Assembly: GCA_030066785.1 (NCBI GenBank)
Contig: JASJAZ010000072.1
Coordinates: 1,066-65,065, forward strand
Length of the DNA: 64,000 nucleotides
Reading direction: 5' to 3'
DNA from: Desulfobacterales bacterium
GTDB lineage: Bacteria > Desulfobacterota > Desulfobacteria > Desulfobacterales > JASJAZ01
Below, piece after piece: positions 38,483 to 49,277 of the stretch. Within the stretch, counting starts at the first letter, position 1. Each line of letters starts with the position of its first letter. The position numbers and the translations under genes were made by a program. The notes beneath the pieces were generated by a model. It was not told where the DNA came from, did not search any database, and saw only the letters and a program-made list of their open reading frames with translations.

Positions 38483-39226
38483 ATGGCTGGAAGCAAAAAT
38501 AATAAAAGCGCTGAAGGTGTCAAGGCCGATCCAAATGCATGGATGATTACTTTCGGCGACTTGCTCATGTTACTACTGACCTTTTTTGTTTTGCTTTTGA
38601 CAATGAAGTCCATGGACGGCGGGCGTCTTAAAGAAGTCTTCAATCAGTTTTTAGAAACCCATGGTCCTTTAGAATACAACGATACTTCGGGAAAACCGAA
38701 TGCTATTGAAATCGGTGATCATTATGCGAAACCGATGCAAATTCAATCGAGTGCCATGCTGCGTGAACTCATCAGTATGTTGCATGACATCGAACAGATC
38801 ACAGACAAGCAGGATGAAGTGAAGAATCTAAATGATATTTTAGATATTACGGAAGATGATCGCGGTGTGATTGTCACCTTGGCCTGTGATGATTTGTTTG
38901 CGCGTGGCAGCGCCGATTTAAAGCCTGATCGAGTGGATATTCTCGACAAAGTTGGCGACCTATTGCGTTATGCAACTAATGAGATTTTAATCATGGGCCA
39001 TACCGATGACATGCCGGTGAACCCTTCGGCCTTTGACTCAAATTTGCAGTTGTCTTTTTATCGGGCACTAAGCGCATTCCAATACATGACCGATAACCTG
39101 GATTTCCGACCAGATCGTATGGCCGTGGGTGGTTATGGCCAGTTGAGGCCACAATATCCTAACGATAGCGAAGCCAACCGAGCCAAAAATCGCAGGGTCG
39201 AATTTATATTACGCAAACTAACATAG
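38483..39226 (+). CDS. motB: flagellar stator B subunit (MotB/PomB type)
   Basis: WMITFGDLLMLLLTFFVLL, GHTDD, LSFYRA, NRRVE. Confidence 0.93.
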   Translation: MAGSKNNKSAEGVKADPNAWMITFGDLLMLLLTFFVLLLTMKSMDGGRLKEVFNQFLETHGPLEYNDTSGKPNAIEIGDHYAKPMQIQSSAMLRELISMLHDIEQITDKQDEVKNLNDILDITEDDRGVIVTLACDDLFARGSADLKPDRVDILDKVGDLLRYATNEILIMGHTDDMPVNPSAFDSNLQLSFYRALSAFQYMTDNLDFRPDRMAVGGYGQLRPQYPNDSEANRAKNRRVEFILRKLT

Positions 39227-39240
39227 AAAGGGACAAGCCA

Positions 39241-39765
39241 TTGGCCGAACAGAATCAAAACCAACCAGACGCAGGCGCTGGGAACGCTGAAGTCAAATCT
39301 TCGAAATCTTCCATGAAATTTATCATCATCGGCATCGTGGTCGTGATTTTGGCCGCTGGTGGATATATCGGCTGGACTAAATTTATCAAACAGCCTGCCG
39401 AAGCCAAGGAAACAGTCGGAAAAACTGCATCAGTACAACAATCGGAACAATCGGGGGATTCCATTGGGCAAGTTTTTGATCTGGAAACCTTTCTCGTTAA
39501 TTTGGCTGATCGTGGCGGCAAACGCTATTTAAAGACTAAAATTACGCTGGAATTATCTTCAGAGCTAGCTGTTGAGGAGGCCACAGCGCGAATGCCGCAA
39601 CTGCGCGATGGCATCCTGTTGTTGTTGAGCAGCAAATCAATGGAGGAAATTCAAGGGATTGAAGGCAAAATTGCCTTACGCAGCGAATTGGTAATGCGTG
39701 TCAATCAAATTCTCAAACAAGGTAAAGTGCGGAATCTATACTTTACCGAATTCGTTATTCAATAG
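39241..39765 (+). CDS. fliL: flagellar protein FliL
   Basis: TM, LETFLVNLAD, RYLK, LRD, YFTEFVIQ; TTG start. Confidence 0.94.
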   Translation: MAEQNQNQPDAGAGNAEVKSSKSSMKFIIIGIVVVILAAGGYIGWTKFIKQPAEAKETVGKTASVQQSEQSGDSIGQVFDLETFLVNLADRGGKRYLKTKITLELSSELAVEEATARMPQLRDGILLLLSSKSMEEIQGIEGKIALRSELVMRVNQILKQGKVRNLYFTEFVIQ

Positions 39766-39774
39766 TCTATTCGA

Positions 39775-40752
39775 ATGAGTGAAATTCTAAGCCAAGAAGA
39801 AGTCGATAGCCTGCTCACAGGTCTAAGTTCAGGTAAAGTCGAAGCCGAAACAGATGCGCCCCCTGAACCTGAAGGCTTAAAGCCGTATGATTTTACTAGC
39901 CAGGACCGGGTGATTCGCGGCCGCATGCCGACCTTTAAGGTTATTAATGACCGGCTCGCCCGTCAAATGGGCAGCAGTCTATCAAAACTGTTGATGACCA
40001 ACGTCGACATAAGCGCAAGTAACATGGAGACTTTGAAGTTTTCTGATTTCGTGCAATCTCTGCCGGTTCCGACCAGTTTGCATGTCTTTCGGATGTTGCC
40101 CTTCAGGGGCCATGCATTGTTGGTGATGGAGAGTCAGTTAGTCTTCAATTTGATCGACACTTTCTTTGGCGGTTCAGGCAATGGCAAAGCCAAGATCGAG
40201 GGTCGCGAATTCACACCGATTGAAGAAATGATGATTCGCAAGGTAGTAACAGCATTGCTTGAAGATATGGTCAAAGCCTGGAGTCCAGTTGAAAAGGTAA
40301 CCCCCCAATTTGTTCGCTCTGAAGTTAATCCGCAATTTGCAACGATTGTGCTGCCGGCTGATTTGGTTATTACGGCGAAGTTTGACGTCGAGTTAGAGCA
40401 AAATGCGGGAAAGGTTACGATTTGTCTGCCATATGCCATGATTGAACCCATTCGCCATAAGCTTTCGTCGGGTTTTCAGAGTGAAGCCTTGGAAATTGAT
40501 CACGAATGGCAGAAACGGGTTAAAGACCAGATATTAAACTCGATGGTGGATATTGCCGTTCAATTAGGTACCACTCAAATTACAGGGGAACGCCTGATTC
40601 ATTTTAAGGTTGGTGATGTTATTCAATTGGATCAAAACGCATCGCGAAGCTTGATCGGGCTGGTGGAAGATGTACCTAAATTAAGAGGGTTTGCCGGAGT
40701 CCGGAACAAATACCAAGCATATAAAATAGAACAAAAATTGACATTGGAGTAA
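39775..40752 (+). CDS. fliM: flagellar motor switch protein FliM
   Basis: ILSQEEVDSLL, YDF, GRMP, FFGG.G, REFTPIE. Confidence 0.96.
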   Translation: MSEILSQEEVDSLLTGLSSGKVEAETDAPPEPEGLKPYDFTSQDRVIRGRMPTFKVINDRLARQMGSSLSKLLMTNVDISASNMETLKFSDFVQSLPVPTSLHVFRMLPFRGHALLVMESQLVFNLIDTFFGGSGNGKAKIEGREFTPIEEMMIRKVVTALLEDMVKAWSPVEKVTPQFVRSEVNPQFATIVLPADLVITAKFDVELEQNAGKVTICLPYAMIEPIRHKLSSGFQSEALEIDHEWQKRVKDQILNSMVDIAVQLGTTQITGERLIHFKVGDVIQLDQNASRSLIGLVEDVPKLRGFAGVRNKYQAYKIEQKLTLE

Positions 40753-40756
40753 AACG

Positions 40757-41119
40757 ATGGAAGAGACCGCTAAAGTTGAAACACCTGAAAATGAAATCCC
40801 CAACCAAGAAGCAGAAGTAAAAGCCAATCCGTCAGCGGCCCCGGCACAGGAAACTCAAGACCGGGAGATTGATTTTATTTTGGATATTCCATTGGAGTTA
40901 TCGGTCGAACTAGGTCGGACACGTATGCTAGTAAACGATTTATTGCAATTGGGACAGGGTTCGGTCGTTGAATTGGATAAACTGGCCGGCGAGCCGCTGG
41001 AAATATATATTAATCGGAAACTGGTGGCGCGTGGTGAGGTTGTAGTGGTTAATGAAAAATTTGGTATACGGCTGACCGATATCGTTAGTCCGATTGAGCG
41101 TGTTAAGAGCTTGCATTGA
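40757..41119 (+). CDS. fliN: flagellar motor switch protein FliN
   Basis: ILDIPLELSVELGR, GEPL, ARGEVVVVNEKFGIR. Confidence 0.96.
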   Translation: MEETAKVETPENEIPNQEAEVKANPSAAPAQETQDREIDFILDIPLELSVELGRTRMLVNDLLQLGQGSVVELDKLAGEPLEIYINRKLVARGEVVVVNEKFGIRLTDIVSPIERVKSLH

Positions 41120-41217
41120 TTACAACCATTATAAAGTATTGGAACTGCCAGCATTAAAATCGCGTATTTTAGGGAACAATTTACGAACTGATAAAGAGCT
41201 GTCTTCTGGATGACATA

Positions 41218-41625
41218 ATGAATTCTCTGGTAACTGATCCTTCTCAAACACTTACAACCGATCTATGGTTCACCCTGATTAAAAGTGCAGCCATGCTATG
41301 TGTGGTATTGGGGATCCTGCTGGCAGTTCTTTTCTTGATACGTCGCTTGTTTTATCAGCAAAGCCGGAATTCTGGCCAGGGTTTGATTAAAATGCTGGCG
41401 ACCTACAGTGTGGCGCCCAAGCAGCGGCTTTTGCTCCTGGATGTGTTGGGCGAAAAAATCCTGGTTGGTATCACACCGCAGAGCATTCACCGGATTGCTA
41501 CCCTGCAAGACGCTGGTGAAGTCGAGATCCCGAATCCTGCGCTTACTTCCGGCTTTTTCAAAGAGATTTTTCAAAGCGCTTTCAAAAAACAAACCCAAAA
41601 TAAACCGACGGCAGGTCCATCTTGA
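41218..41625 (+). CDS. fliO: flagellar biosynthetic protein FliO
   Basis: Single TM then PKQRLLLLDV...ILVGIT; between fliN and fliP. Confidence 0.88.
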   Translation: MNSLVTDPSQTLTTDLWFTLIKSAAMLCVVLGILLAVLFLIRRLFYQQSRNSGQGLIKMLATYSVAPKQRLLLLDVLGEKILVGITPQSIHRIATLQDAGEVEIPNPALTSGFFKEIFQSAFKKQTQNKPTAGPS

Positions 41626-41743
41626 TGTATTGGACACTCAATCCGCTGTCAAAGGGTTCTGAATCTTATTTGGTAAGTTTTGGCAATATGATGAGATGGC
41701 GGGGTTTCGATAAAGATCCCCAACATATACTATTCTATTTGAG

Positions 41744-42502
41744 ATGATACGAAGAATAATCATTATGGCGGTTTTCTTGCCTCTGGTTTGCGGTGTTTTG
41801 CCGGCATTTGGTGCTCCGCTTCCGCTGCCTTCGGTCCAAATTGGGGTCGGTGAAGCAGAGAATCCGGAAGAAGTATCGGTGGTTTTGCAAATTGTTGCGT
41901 TGCTGACCATCCTGTCCTTGGCGCCCGCCATTTTGATTCTTATGACATCCTTTACGAGGATTGTGGTTGTATTTCACTTTCTGCGACAAGCCTTGGGTAC
42001 ACAGCAATCTCCACCCAATCAAGTGGTGATCGGATTGTCACTCTTTATTACTTTTTTCATTATGACACCGGTTTGGCAGCAAGTTTACGGCAAGGCCCTG
42101 CGGCCTTACTTAGACAAGGAAATTTCGTATCAGGAAGCGTTCGACAATGCCAAGACGCCGGTGCGCCAATTCATGTTGTACAACACCCGTGAGAAGGATC
42201 TGGCTTTATTTGTCAATGCATCCCGATCTGAAAAACCCCCAACACCTGATGATGTCTCTCTGTTGGTGTTGATTCCGGCGTTTGTCATTAGTGAATTAAA
42301 AACAGCCTTTATTATTGGCTTTGTGTTGTATGTACCATTTTTGGTTATCGATATGGTTGTCGCCAGTGTGTTGCTGTCCATGGGAATGATGATGTTGCCG
42401 CCCATCATGATATCGTTGCCCTTTAAAATAATGTTGTTTGTTTTGGTTGACGGTTGGAATTTACTAGTAGGTTCAGTCGTCAAAAGCTTTGGAGTTGCAT
42501 GA
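41744..42502 (+). CDS. fliP: flagellar export gate protein FliP
   Basis: TSFTRI, RQALGTQQSPPNQV, SELKTAF, GMMMLPP, DGW. Confidence 0.96.
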   Translation: MIRRIIIMAVFLPLVCGVLPAFGAPLPLPSVQIGVGEAENPEEVSVVLQIVALLTILSLAPAILILMTSFTRIVVVFHFLRQALGTQQSPPNQVVIGLSLFITFFIMTPVWQQVYGKALRPYLDKEISYQEAFDNAKTPVRQFMLYNTREKDLALFVNASRSEKPPTPDDVSLLVLIPAFVISELKTAFIIGFVLYVPFLVIDMVVASVLLSMGMMMLPPIMISLPFKIMLFVLVDGWNLLVGSVVKSFGVA

Positions 42503-42503
42503 C

Positions 42504-42773
42504 ATGACGCCTGAATTTGCGGTCACATTTGCCAAAGATGCCATCATGCTGACGGTCATGGTTGCCATGCCCATGCTGGGCCTTGGATTAATCGTGGGAC
42601 TGGCCATCAGTATTTTTCAAGCCACTACTTCCATACAGGAAATGACATTGTCGTTTGTGCCTAAAATCCTGGCGGTGTTGTTTGGGCTGCTATTTTTTGC
42701 GCCCTGGATGTTGGAAAAACTGGTCAGCTATACCAATAGAATTTTTTCCAATATTCCCATGTATATTCGCTGA
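42504..42773 (+). CDS. fliQ: flagellar export gate protein FliQ
   Basis: GLAISIFQATTSIQEMTLSFVPK; start ATG 42504 (track start 42489). Confidence 0.95.
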   Translation: MTPEFAVTFAKDAIMLTVMVAMPMLGLGLIVGLAISIFQATTSIQEMTLSFVPKILAVLFGLLFFAPWMLEKLVSYTNRIFSNIPMYIR

Positions 42774-42810
42774 TTTGCGAGGATGCGTCAGCTAATGGTT
42801 CGAGATACAA

Positions 42811-43596
42811 ATGCATATTTACGGTTTTGCACCCGAAAGCTATCAAATCTTTTTACTGATTCTGGTCAGGGTCAGCGTCATATTGTTTTTGTTTCCGGTT
42901 TTCAGCAGCGGCATGCTGCCCAGCTTGGCTAAAGCCGGTTTAGCCTTTATCCTCACACTGATACTTTATCCCGTTTTACAGGTCGATCCCGCCCAGTTCC
43001 CTCGACAACCCTCCGATGTGATCATTTTGCTGGTAGTCGAATTTTTTATCGGCATGGTGCTTGCGCTCGGGGTACGCTTGTTTTTTGGCGCCATCGAATT
43101 GGCCGGGCAAATTATCGGTTTCCAGATGGGGTTTTCCATCATTAATGTCATCGACCCCCAAACCGGTACGCATGTATCCATTATGGGGCGCATCGGCAAT
43201 TTGGTGGTGCTGCTCGTTTTTTTGTTGATCAACGGACATCATTTGCTGATTTCAGCGTTAGTGGAAAGTTTTGCCGTGATTCCCTTTGGAATGCTTCGCC
43301 TACAAGGTGGTTTTTTTACCCAACTGATCGATTTATCGGCACATATGTTTGTACTCAGCATCAAGATCGCCTCGCCGGCCATGGTGGCGCTTCTATTTAC
43401 CAGCGCAGCGTTTGGGTTATCGGCTAAATTTGCCCCCCAAATGAACATTCTTATAGCTGCTTTTCCAGTGAAAATTGTTGTGGGGCTTATTTTTTTTGGC
43501 ATGTCACTGCAAATTATACTTGTGATGACCAAAGCATACGTGGCGCAGCTTCCCGCCTTGTTTTCTTCTTTAATTGCTTGGATGGGAACCGGTTGA
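42811..43596 (+). CDS. fliR: flagellar export gate protein FliR
   Basis: AGQIIGFQMGF, DP, NGHH, APQMNI...FPVK. Confidence 0.95.
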   Translation: MHIYGFAPESYQIFLLILVRVSVILFLFPVFSSGMLPSLAKAGLAFILTLILYPVLQVDPAQFPRQPSDVIILLVVEFFIGMVLALGVRLFFGAIELAGQIIGFQMGFSIINVIDPQTGTHVSIMGRIGNLVVLLVFLLINGHHLLISALVESFAVIPFGMLRLQGGFFTQLIDLSAHMFVLSIKIASPAMVALLFTSAAFGLSAKFAPQMNILIAAFPVKIVVGLIFFGMSLQIILVMTKAYVAQLPALFSSLIAWMGTG

Positions 43597-43612
43597 GTAG
43601 GGAATTCTCGAA

Positions 43613-44680
43613 ATGGCCAGAGATGATTTCCAAGAACGAACTGAAAAGGCGACGCCCAAAAAGCGCGAAAAGGCACGGGAAGAGGGGCAGGTTGCCCGCA
43701 GTATGGAGATACCCTCGGTCCTGGTACTAATGGCGGGCATGATCGGGATGTATTTTGGTGGCTATTTTCTTTTTCACAATATTTCCGGTGCCTTGCGGCA
43801 TAGTTTTTCCTTTCAGTCCATCCCGGCAGGCGATTTTAACTTTTTTTTGCAGATTCTTTACCGATTCTCAAAAACATTTTTCTTGATTGTCCTACCGGTT
43901 ATGAGTGCGGTGCTGGTCACCGCACTCGTGGCCAATTTGGTTCAGGTTGGATTCAAGCTCTCTGCCAAAGCCATCACACCGAAACTCTCGCGTTTCAATA
44001 TCGTCAATGGATTCAAACGATTGTTCTCGGTGCGCTCGCTGGTTGAGCTGATCAAATCTATTTTGAAACTGACACTGATCGGCATTACCGCATATTTGGT
44101 GATTAAGAGCCAGGTAGGGCAAATGATGAATCTTTACGATACCAGTATCGCCAATATTCTGCTGTTTGTGCTCAAAGGCATATTTCGGTTTTTCATGGCG
44201 GTTTTGCTGGCCATGATTTTACTGGCAATTTTGGACTATGCTTTTCAACGATGGCAGTTTGAAAAAGATATTCGCATGACCAAACAAGAAGTCAAGGAGG
44301 AGCACAAACAGGCCGAAGGTGATCCGCTGGTTAAATCACGCATACGCAACATCCAATATCAGATCGCGCAACGACGTATGATGCAAGAGGTTCCAGAGGC
44401 CGATGTGGTGGTCACAAACCCCACCCACCTTGCCTTGGCCATCCGCTACGATCAGCTATCAATGAGCGCTCCCCAAGTGGTGGCCAAGGGCGCCGGTAAC
44501 ATCGCTGAGCGGATTAAAGATATTGCCAATGAGCAACATATACCGGTGATTGAGAACAAGGAATTGGCCCGAAACTTGTATAAAATAGTAGAGGTCGGCC
44601 AGGAAATTCCTTCCCAATTTTTTATGGCAGTGGCGGAGTTGTTGGCCTATGTTTATAAACTTAAAGGAAAATCAATATGA
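43613..44680 (+). CDS. flhB: flagellar export protein FlhB
   Basis: RTEKATPKK, EGDP, VVTNPTH autocleavage motif. Confidence 0.96.
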   Translation: MARDDFQERTEKATPKKREKAREEGQVARSMEIPSVLVLMAGMIGMYFGGYFLFHNISGALRHSFSFQSIPAGDFNFFLQILYRFSKTFFLIVLPVMSAVLVTALVANLVQVGFKLSAKAITPKLSRFNIVNGFKRLFSVRSLVELIKSILKLTLIGITAYLVIKSQVGQMMNLYDTSIANILLFVLKGIFRFFMAVLLAMILLAILDYAFQRWQFEKDIRMTKQEVKEEHKQAEGDPLVKSRIRNIQYQIAQRRMMQEVPEADVVVTNPTHLALAIRYDQLSMSAPQVVAKGAGNIAERIKDIANEQHIPVIENKELARNLYKIVEVGQEIPSQFFMAVAELLAYVYKLKGKSI

Positions 44681-44867
44681 TACTAAATTCGCGCGATTTG
44701 AGAGGCGCCAATTGATTGGTTTGGGTTTGTCAACCATCCAACGGCCAATGCCAAAACTCAGACACTTCCATGGTGGTCTATCCTTTAGGGACCATTTTGA
44801 AACACAGTATCGGAGTTTGGCCGAAAGCGAATTTAATACCATTACAAATTCCGTTGCGGGGTAACGT

Positions 44868-46961
44868 TTGGAAGCCGGGACAGACAATAAAAGGTTTTTG
44901 AATGGTGTTTCAGGGGAAACACCGAATATTGTGCTCGTTATCGCCGTCATCGGTATATTGGCGGCCCTTGTTTTGCCGGTGCCCGCATTCATCCTTGATA
45001 TGCTGCTGGCATTAAACATCACCACTGCTATCATTGTGCTGGTCACGGTGATGTATGCCAGATCCCCCCTCGAGTTTTCTATATTTCCGTCGTTGCTGTT
45101 GGTTTTAACCTTGTTTCGACTCAGTCTGAATGTGGCCTCAACCCGCCTGATTCTGCTGCATGGCAACGAAGGCCATCTGGCCGCTGGTGCCATCATCAAA
45201 TCATTTGGTAATTTTGTTGTCGGCGGCAATTATGTCGTCGGTATGATCGTGTTTCTGATTTTAGTGTTGATCAATTTCATTGTCATTACCAAAGGCGCTG
45301 GCCGGATAGCCGAGGTGGCGGCACGCTTTACCCTGGACGCCATGCCCGGGAAGCAAATGGCCATCGATGCCGATTTAAATGCGGGGCTAATTGATGAGAA
45401 TGAGGCCAGAGCCCGTCGCGAAGAAATAGCACATGAATCTAAGTTTCATGGCGCCATGGATGGTGCCAGCAAATTTGTTCGCGGCGATGCCATCGCCGGT
45501 ATTATCATTACCTTTATCAACATTATCGGTGGTTTCATCATTGGTGTATTGCAACAGGAAATGCCAATGGTGGTTGCGGCACAGAATTACTCGCTGCTGA
45601 CCATCGGCGATGGCCTGGTGTCACAAATTCCAGCGCTGGTAATATCCACGGCTGCCGGTATTTTAGTATCACGCGCGGCTTCCAATGACCGCATGGGTAA
45701 AGAATTCGGGAAGCACATATTTACCAATGCAAGTCCAATTTACATTGGATCATTTGTGGTTTTTCTTTTTGGCTTGGTTCCGGGTATGCCGGCCTTGCCA
45801 TTTATGGTTCTGGGGACTCTTTTAGGCGGCAGTATCTATCTGTTTCAAAGAAGTCGACCTCAGGTTGTCGAAACGGCCCTTGTGGCCGCAGACGCGGAGG
45901 AACCGGAACAACTTGCGGGACCTGAAGATGTGGAGCACCTGCTAGTGCTTGACACCATGGAACTCGAGGTTGGTTATGGCCTGATTACGCTAGTGGATAC
46001 CGAACAGGACGGCAGTCTGCTCAATCGCATCCGCGCTATCCGCAGACAATTCGCATCGGAAATGGGGCTCATTATACCCCCGATTCACATCCGCGATAAT
46101 TTGAAGCTGCGACCATCTGAATACCGGTTGGTGATCAAAGGTGTTGAAATGGCGCGCTCCGAGGTCATGACCAATCATTTGCTGGCTATGAATGCCGGCG
46201 AAACCCCTGAGACCATTGAAGGCATTCCCACAACCGAACCTGCCTTTGGGCTTCCAGCACTGTGGATACCTCCAGAAAAAGAGGAAGAAGCCAAATTTTC
46301 CGGTTTCACGGTCGTGGACGCCTCCACTGTGGTTGCTACACACTTAACTGAGATTATTCGCAGTAATGCCCCCGATCTCCTGGGACGGCAAGAAGTCCAG
46401 CACTTGCTCAACAACTTGTCGAAAACAAGCCCGAAGGCGATTGAGGAATTGGTGCCAGGTCTTATGTCGGTGGGTCAGGTGCAGAAAGTATTGCAAAACC
46501 TTTTGCGCGAACGAGTATCGATTCGTGATTTGCTGACCATTGTCGAGACCCTGGCGGATTTTGCTCCCATGAGCAAAGATCCGGATTTGTTAACTGAGTA
46601 TGTGCGCCAAAAGCTAGCGCGTATGATTCTAAGCGACTATGTGCAGCCGGATGGTATGCTGCAAATCATTTCCGTCGATCAAAAAGTCGAAGACATGTTG
46701 AGCAATGGGATTCAACATACCGATCATGGATCATACCTGTCGGTTGAACCTGGTGTCATTGAGGCCGTGCTGGCATCGACCCGCAAAGAAGTGGAACGTG
46801 TGACGGCTCTGAATATTCAACCGGCGATTCTGTGCTCACCGGTTTTGCGCCGTCACCTGCGCAAGATTGTGGAGCAGATTGCACCCTCTGTGGCGGTCTT
46901 ATCCCAGGCTGAAATTATTCCCAACATTCGCGTGCAGTCCGCAGGGAAGGTTCAGTTATAA
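44868..46961 (+). CDS. flhA: flagellar export protein FlhA
   Basis: RIAEVAARFTLDAMPGKQMAIDADL, GAMDGASKFVRGD; TTG start. Confidence 0.96.
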   Translation: MEAGTDNKRFLNGVSGETPNIVLVIAVIGILAALVLPVPAFILDMLLALNITTAIIVLVTVMYARSPLEFSIFPSLLLVLTLFRLSLNVASTRLILLHGNEGHLAAGAIIKSFGNFVVGGNYVVGMIVFLILVLINFIVITKGAGRIAEVAARFTLDAMPGKQMAIDADLNAGLIDENEARARREEIAHESKFHGAMDGASKFVRGDAIAGIIITFINIIGGFIIGVLQQEMPMVVAAQNYSLLTIGDGLVSQIPALVISTAAGILVSRAASNDRMGKEFGKHIFTNASPIYIGSFVVFLFGLVPGMPALPFMVLGTLLGGSIYLFQRSRPQVVETALVAADAEEPEQLAGPEDVEHLLVLDTMELEVGYGLITLVDTEQDGSLLNRIRAIRRQFASEMGLIIPPIHIRDNLKLRPSEYRLVIKGVEMARSEVMTNHLLAMNAGETPETIEGIPTTEPAFGLPALWIPPEKEEEAKFSGFTVVDASTVVATHLTEIIRSNAPDLLGRQEVQHLLNNLSKTSPKAIEELVPGLMSVGQVQKVLQNLLRERVSIRDLLTIVETLADFAPMSKDPDLLTEYVRQKLARMILSDYVQPDGMLQIISVDQKVEDMLSNGIQHTDHGSYLSVEPGVIEAVLASTRKEVERVTALNIQPAILCSPVLRRHLRKIVEQIAPSVAVLSQAEIIPNIRVQSAGKVQL

Positions 46962-48098
46962 ATGGGCGTTAAAATATATAGAGCCAAGAGTATTCAAGCA
47001 GCGATACGCCGCATCAAGGCCGATCTGGGCTCGGATGCATTGATTCTGAAGACGCGCCGGATTCCACCTGAAAACGGAAGTTCGTATGCAACCGGTTTAT
47101 TTGAGGTGACTGCCAGTGACCGGTATGGGGACAAAAGTTCCGGGATCACCATGAATGTTGCAGCCCGAAGAAACTTTGAAGATCAGGCCACGTCTGGTAT
47201 TCGTTTTGATGTCGATCAAGGACCTGAAAAGTATGCGGTCGATCATTGGGAAGTCCTGCGGGATGAAATTTTGCAAATAAAAGATATGTTTTTTTTAATG
47301 AAACACTCCGCAGCAATGCCAAGCTTTCTTATGACCCATCCCGAAATGCTGGAGCTTTATGCACGGTTGGTTAAGGCCGGTATTTCTGAATCGCGTGCCC
47401 AGGCAATCATTAAGCAAAGCCTTGCGTCGGCGCAGCCCAATGCCGCCGCTAAAAGCGTGGTAAAAATTTTATTGAATTACGTGGAAGTGTGCGATCCGTT
47501 TCAAAATCTAAACGGTCATGCCAAGCTAGCTGCTTTTATTGGCCCCACTGGTGTGGGCAAAACCACAACCATAGCTAAATTGGCAGCCGAGTTAAGTCTA
47601 AAACGCAAAAAACGGGTGGGAATTGTCGCGGTGGATAATTATCGCATTGGTGCCGCTGATCAACTTAAAACCTATGCGACAATCATGGGTTTGCCATGTC
47701 TTGCGGCGTTTACCCAACGTGATTTGGTCAGGGCCATCGGAAAATTCCGTAACAAGGATGTTATTTTAATTGATACTGCCGGTCAAAGCCACCTGGATAA
47801 TAACCGGCTGCAAGAATTAGCCATGTTGATGTGCGGTGATCTGCCGATTACTTCCCATTTGGTTTTAAGTGCCGGTTCTAAGTCAGAGGATATGAAGGAA
47901 ATCACAGCCAATTTTAGCCAGCTGAAACCACAGAGCTACATATTTACGAAGTTTGATGAAACCCGGCAGCATGGTGCCATCATTGATCAACTATGTGAAA
48001 TGCAGTTGCCCATATCGTATGTCACCAATGGACAGCGAGTGCCAGAAGACCTTGTCACCGGTCATCAACGGACCGTTTTACGCATGATATTGAGTTAA
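46962..48098 (+). CDS. flhF: SRP-family GTPase FlhF
   Basis: GPTGVGKTTT, DNYRIGA, DTAG, TKFDE, GQRVPED. Confidence 0.94.
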   Translation: MGVKIYRAKSIQAAIRRIKADLGSDALILKTRRIPPENGSSYATGLFEVTASDRYGDKSSGITMNVAARRNFEDQATSGIRFDVDQGPEKYAVDHWEVLRDEILQIKDMFFLMKHSAAMPSFLMTHPEMLELYARLVKAGISESRAQAIIKQSLASAQPNAAAKSVVKILLNYVEVCDPFQNLNGHAKLAAFIGPTGVGKTTTIAKLAAELSLKRKKRVGIVAVDNYRIGAADQLKTYATIMGLPCLAAFTQRDLVRAIGKFRNKDVILIDTAGQSHLDNNRLQELAMLMCGDLPITSHLVLSAGSKSEDMKEITANFSQLKPQSYIFTKFDETRQHGAIIDQLCEMQLPISYVTNGQRVPEDLVTGHQRTVLRMILS

Positions 48099-48239
48099 TC
48101 GGGAAAAAAACAACACCACCGGTTGGTGAATACATAAAAAAGTTTCAAGGTAGGAATGAAAGGCGCAAACAAAATGAGCATGGATTCAGGACTTGGCTTA
48201 TAGTGTTTTTGGAGGGTTAACCAGCAGAGGGAGACACAC

Positions 48240-49166
48240 GTGGATCAAGCAAGCAGTTTACGGAAAATGGTGGAAGCAACTGGCAAGCGTGACCGGTTGA
48301 ATCGGCTGGAGACCGCAGTGGAAAACCCGGAGAATGTTCCCCGCGTCATCGCTATTACCAGTGGCAAGGGAGGCGTCGGAAAAACCAACATTGTTGGCAA
48401 TATGGCCATGGCGCTCTCCGCAATCGGCAAAAAGGTTTTGGTACTGGATGCAGATTTGGGTTTGGCCAATATCGATATTATTTTTGGCATTCATCCCCAA
48501 TACAATATTGGCCATGTACTAAACGGAGAAAAAGAACTGTCTGATATCATCGTTGATGGTCCTCCGGGTATCCGGATTATCCCCGCGGGTTCAGGATTTG
48601 TTAATTTGACTCATTTGACTGAGGGGCAAAAACTGAGCCTACTTAGCGAATTTGAAGCCCTTAACGAAATATCGGATATTTTTCTGATTGACACCGGTGC
48701 TGGAATTTCTTCCAATGTTTTGTATTTTAACTTGGCCGCGGATGAGTGCATTATCGTGGCCACGTCTGAGCCGACATCGATTACCGATGCTTACGCAATG
48801 ATTAAGGTCATGTCTTCCCAGCACAACGCGAAGCATTTTAAATTGCTGGCCAACATGGTCAAAAGTGAAAGTGAAGCAAAATCGGTTTACAAAAACCTAT
48901 GTCAAGCCGCCGATCGTTTTTTATCCGGTGTGGCAATCGAATACCTTGGTTATATCCCGCGGGATGAAAAAATATGCGATGCCGTTAAACAGCGTCGCAC
49001 GGTGATGGATTTTTGTCCGGCGTCGGCTTCCAGTTGTCAATTTAAGAAACTGGCCCAGCGACTTTGGGAGTCACCCAAGCGTTCTGATAATGTCGGCAAC
49101 ATTAAATTTTTCCTGCATCGTTATATTAGTGCCAAAACAAACACAGCCGACCAACATGCACTATAA
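48240..49166 (+). CDS. flhG: MinD-like flagellar number regulator FlhG/FleN
   Basis: DQA..LR, SGKGGVGKT, DADLGLAN, EPTSITDAYA. Confidence 0.94.
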   Translation: MDQASSLRKMVEATGKRDRLNRLETAVENPENVPRVIAITSGKGGVGKTNIVGNMAMALSAIGKKVLVLDADLGLANIDIIFGIHPQYNIGHVLNGEKELSDIIVDGPPGIRIIPAGSGFVNLTHLTEGQKLSLLSEFEALNEISDIFLIDTGAGISSNVLYFNLAADECIIVATSEPTSITDAYAMIKVMSSQHNAKHFKLLANMVKSESEAKSVYKNLCQAADRFLSGVAIEYLGYIPRDEKICDAVKQRRTVMDFCPASASSCQFKKLAQRLWESPKRSDNVGNIKFFLHRYISAKTNTADQHAL

Positions 49167-49277
49167 TGCAACCGACACCCAATAGCTCGATGGTGTATTT
49201 TGCTAATTATGCGATAAAAAAGAGTATCTAACCATTAGTGTTAATGCAGTCAAAGCTAGAAAGGTCCAAAAAGGATC

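Noticed and set aside
44672-45229. 185-aa minus-strand ORF across the flhB-flhA gap
   Set aside because: Mostly antisense to flhA; no recognisable protein features.
49191-49204. Possible sigma54 promoter before fliA (TGGTGTATTTTGCT)
   Set aside because: GG and GC are separated by 8 nt rather than the required 10.
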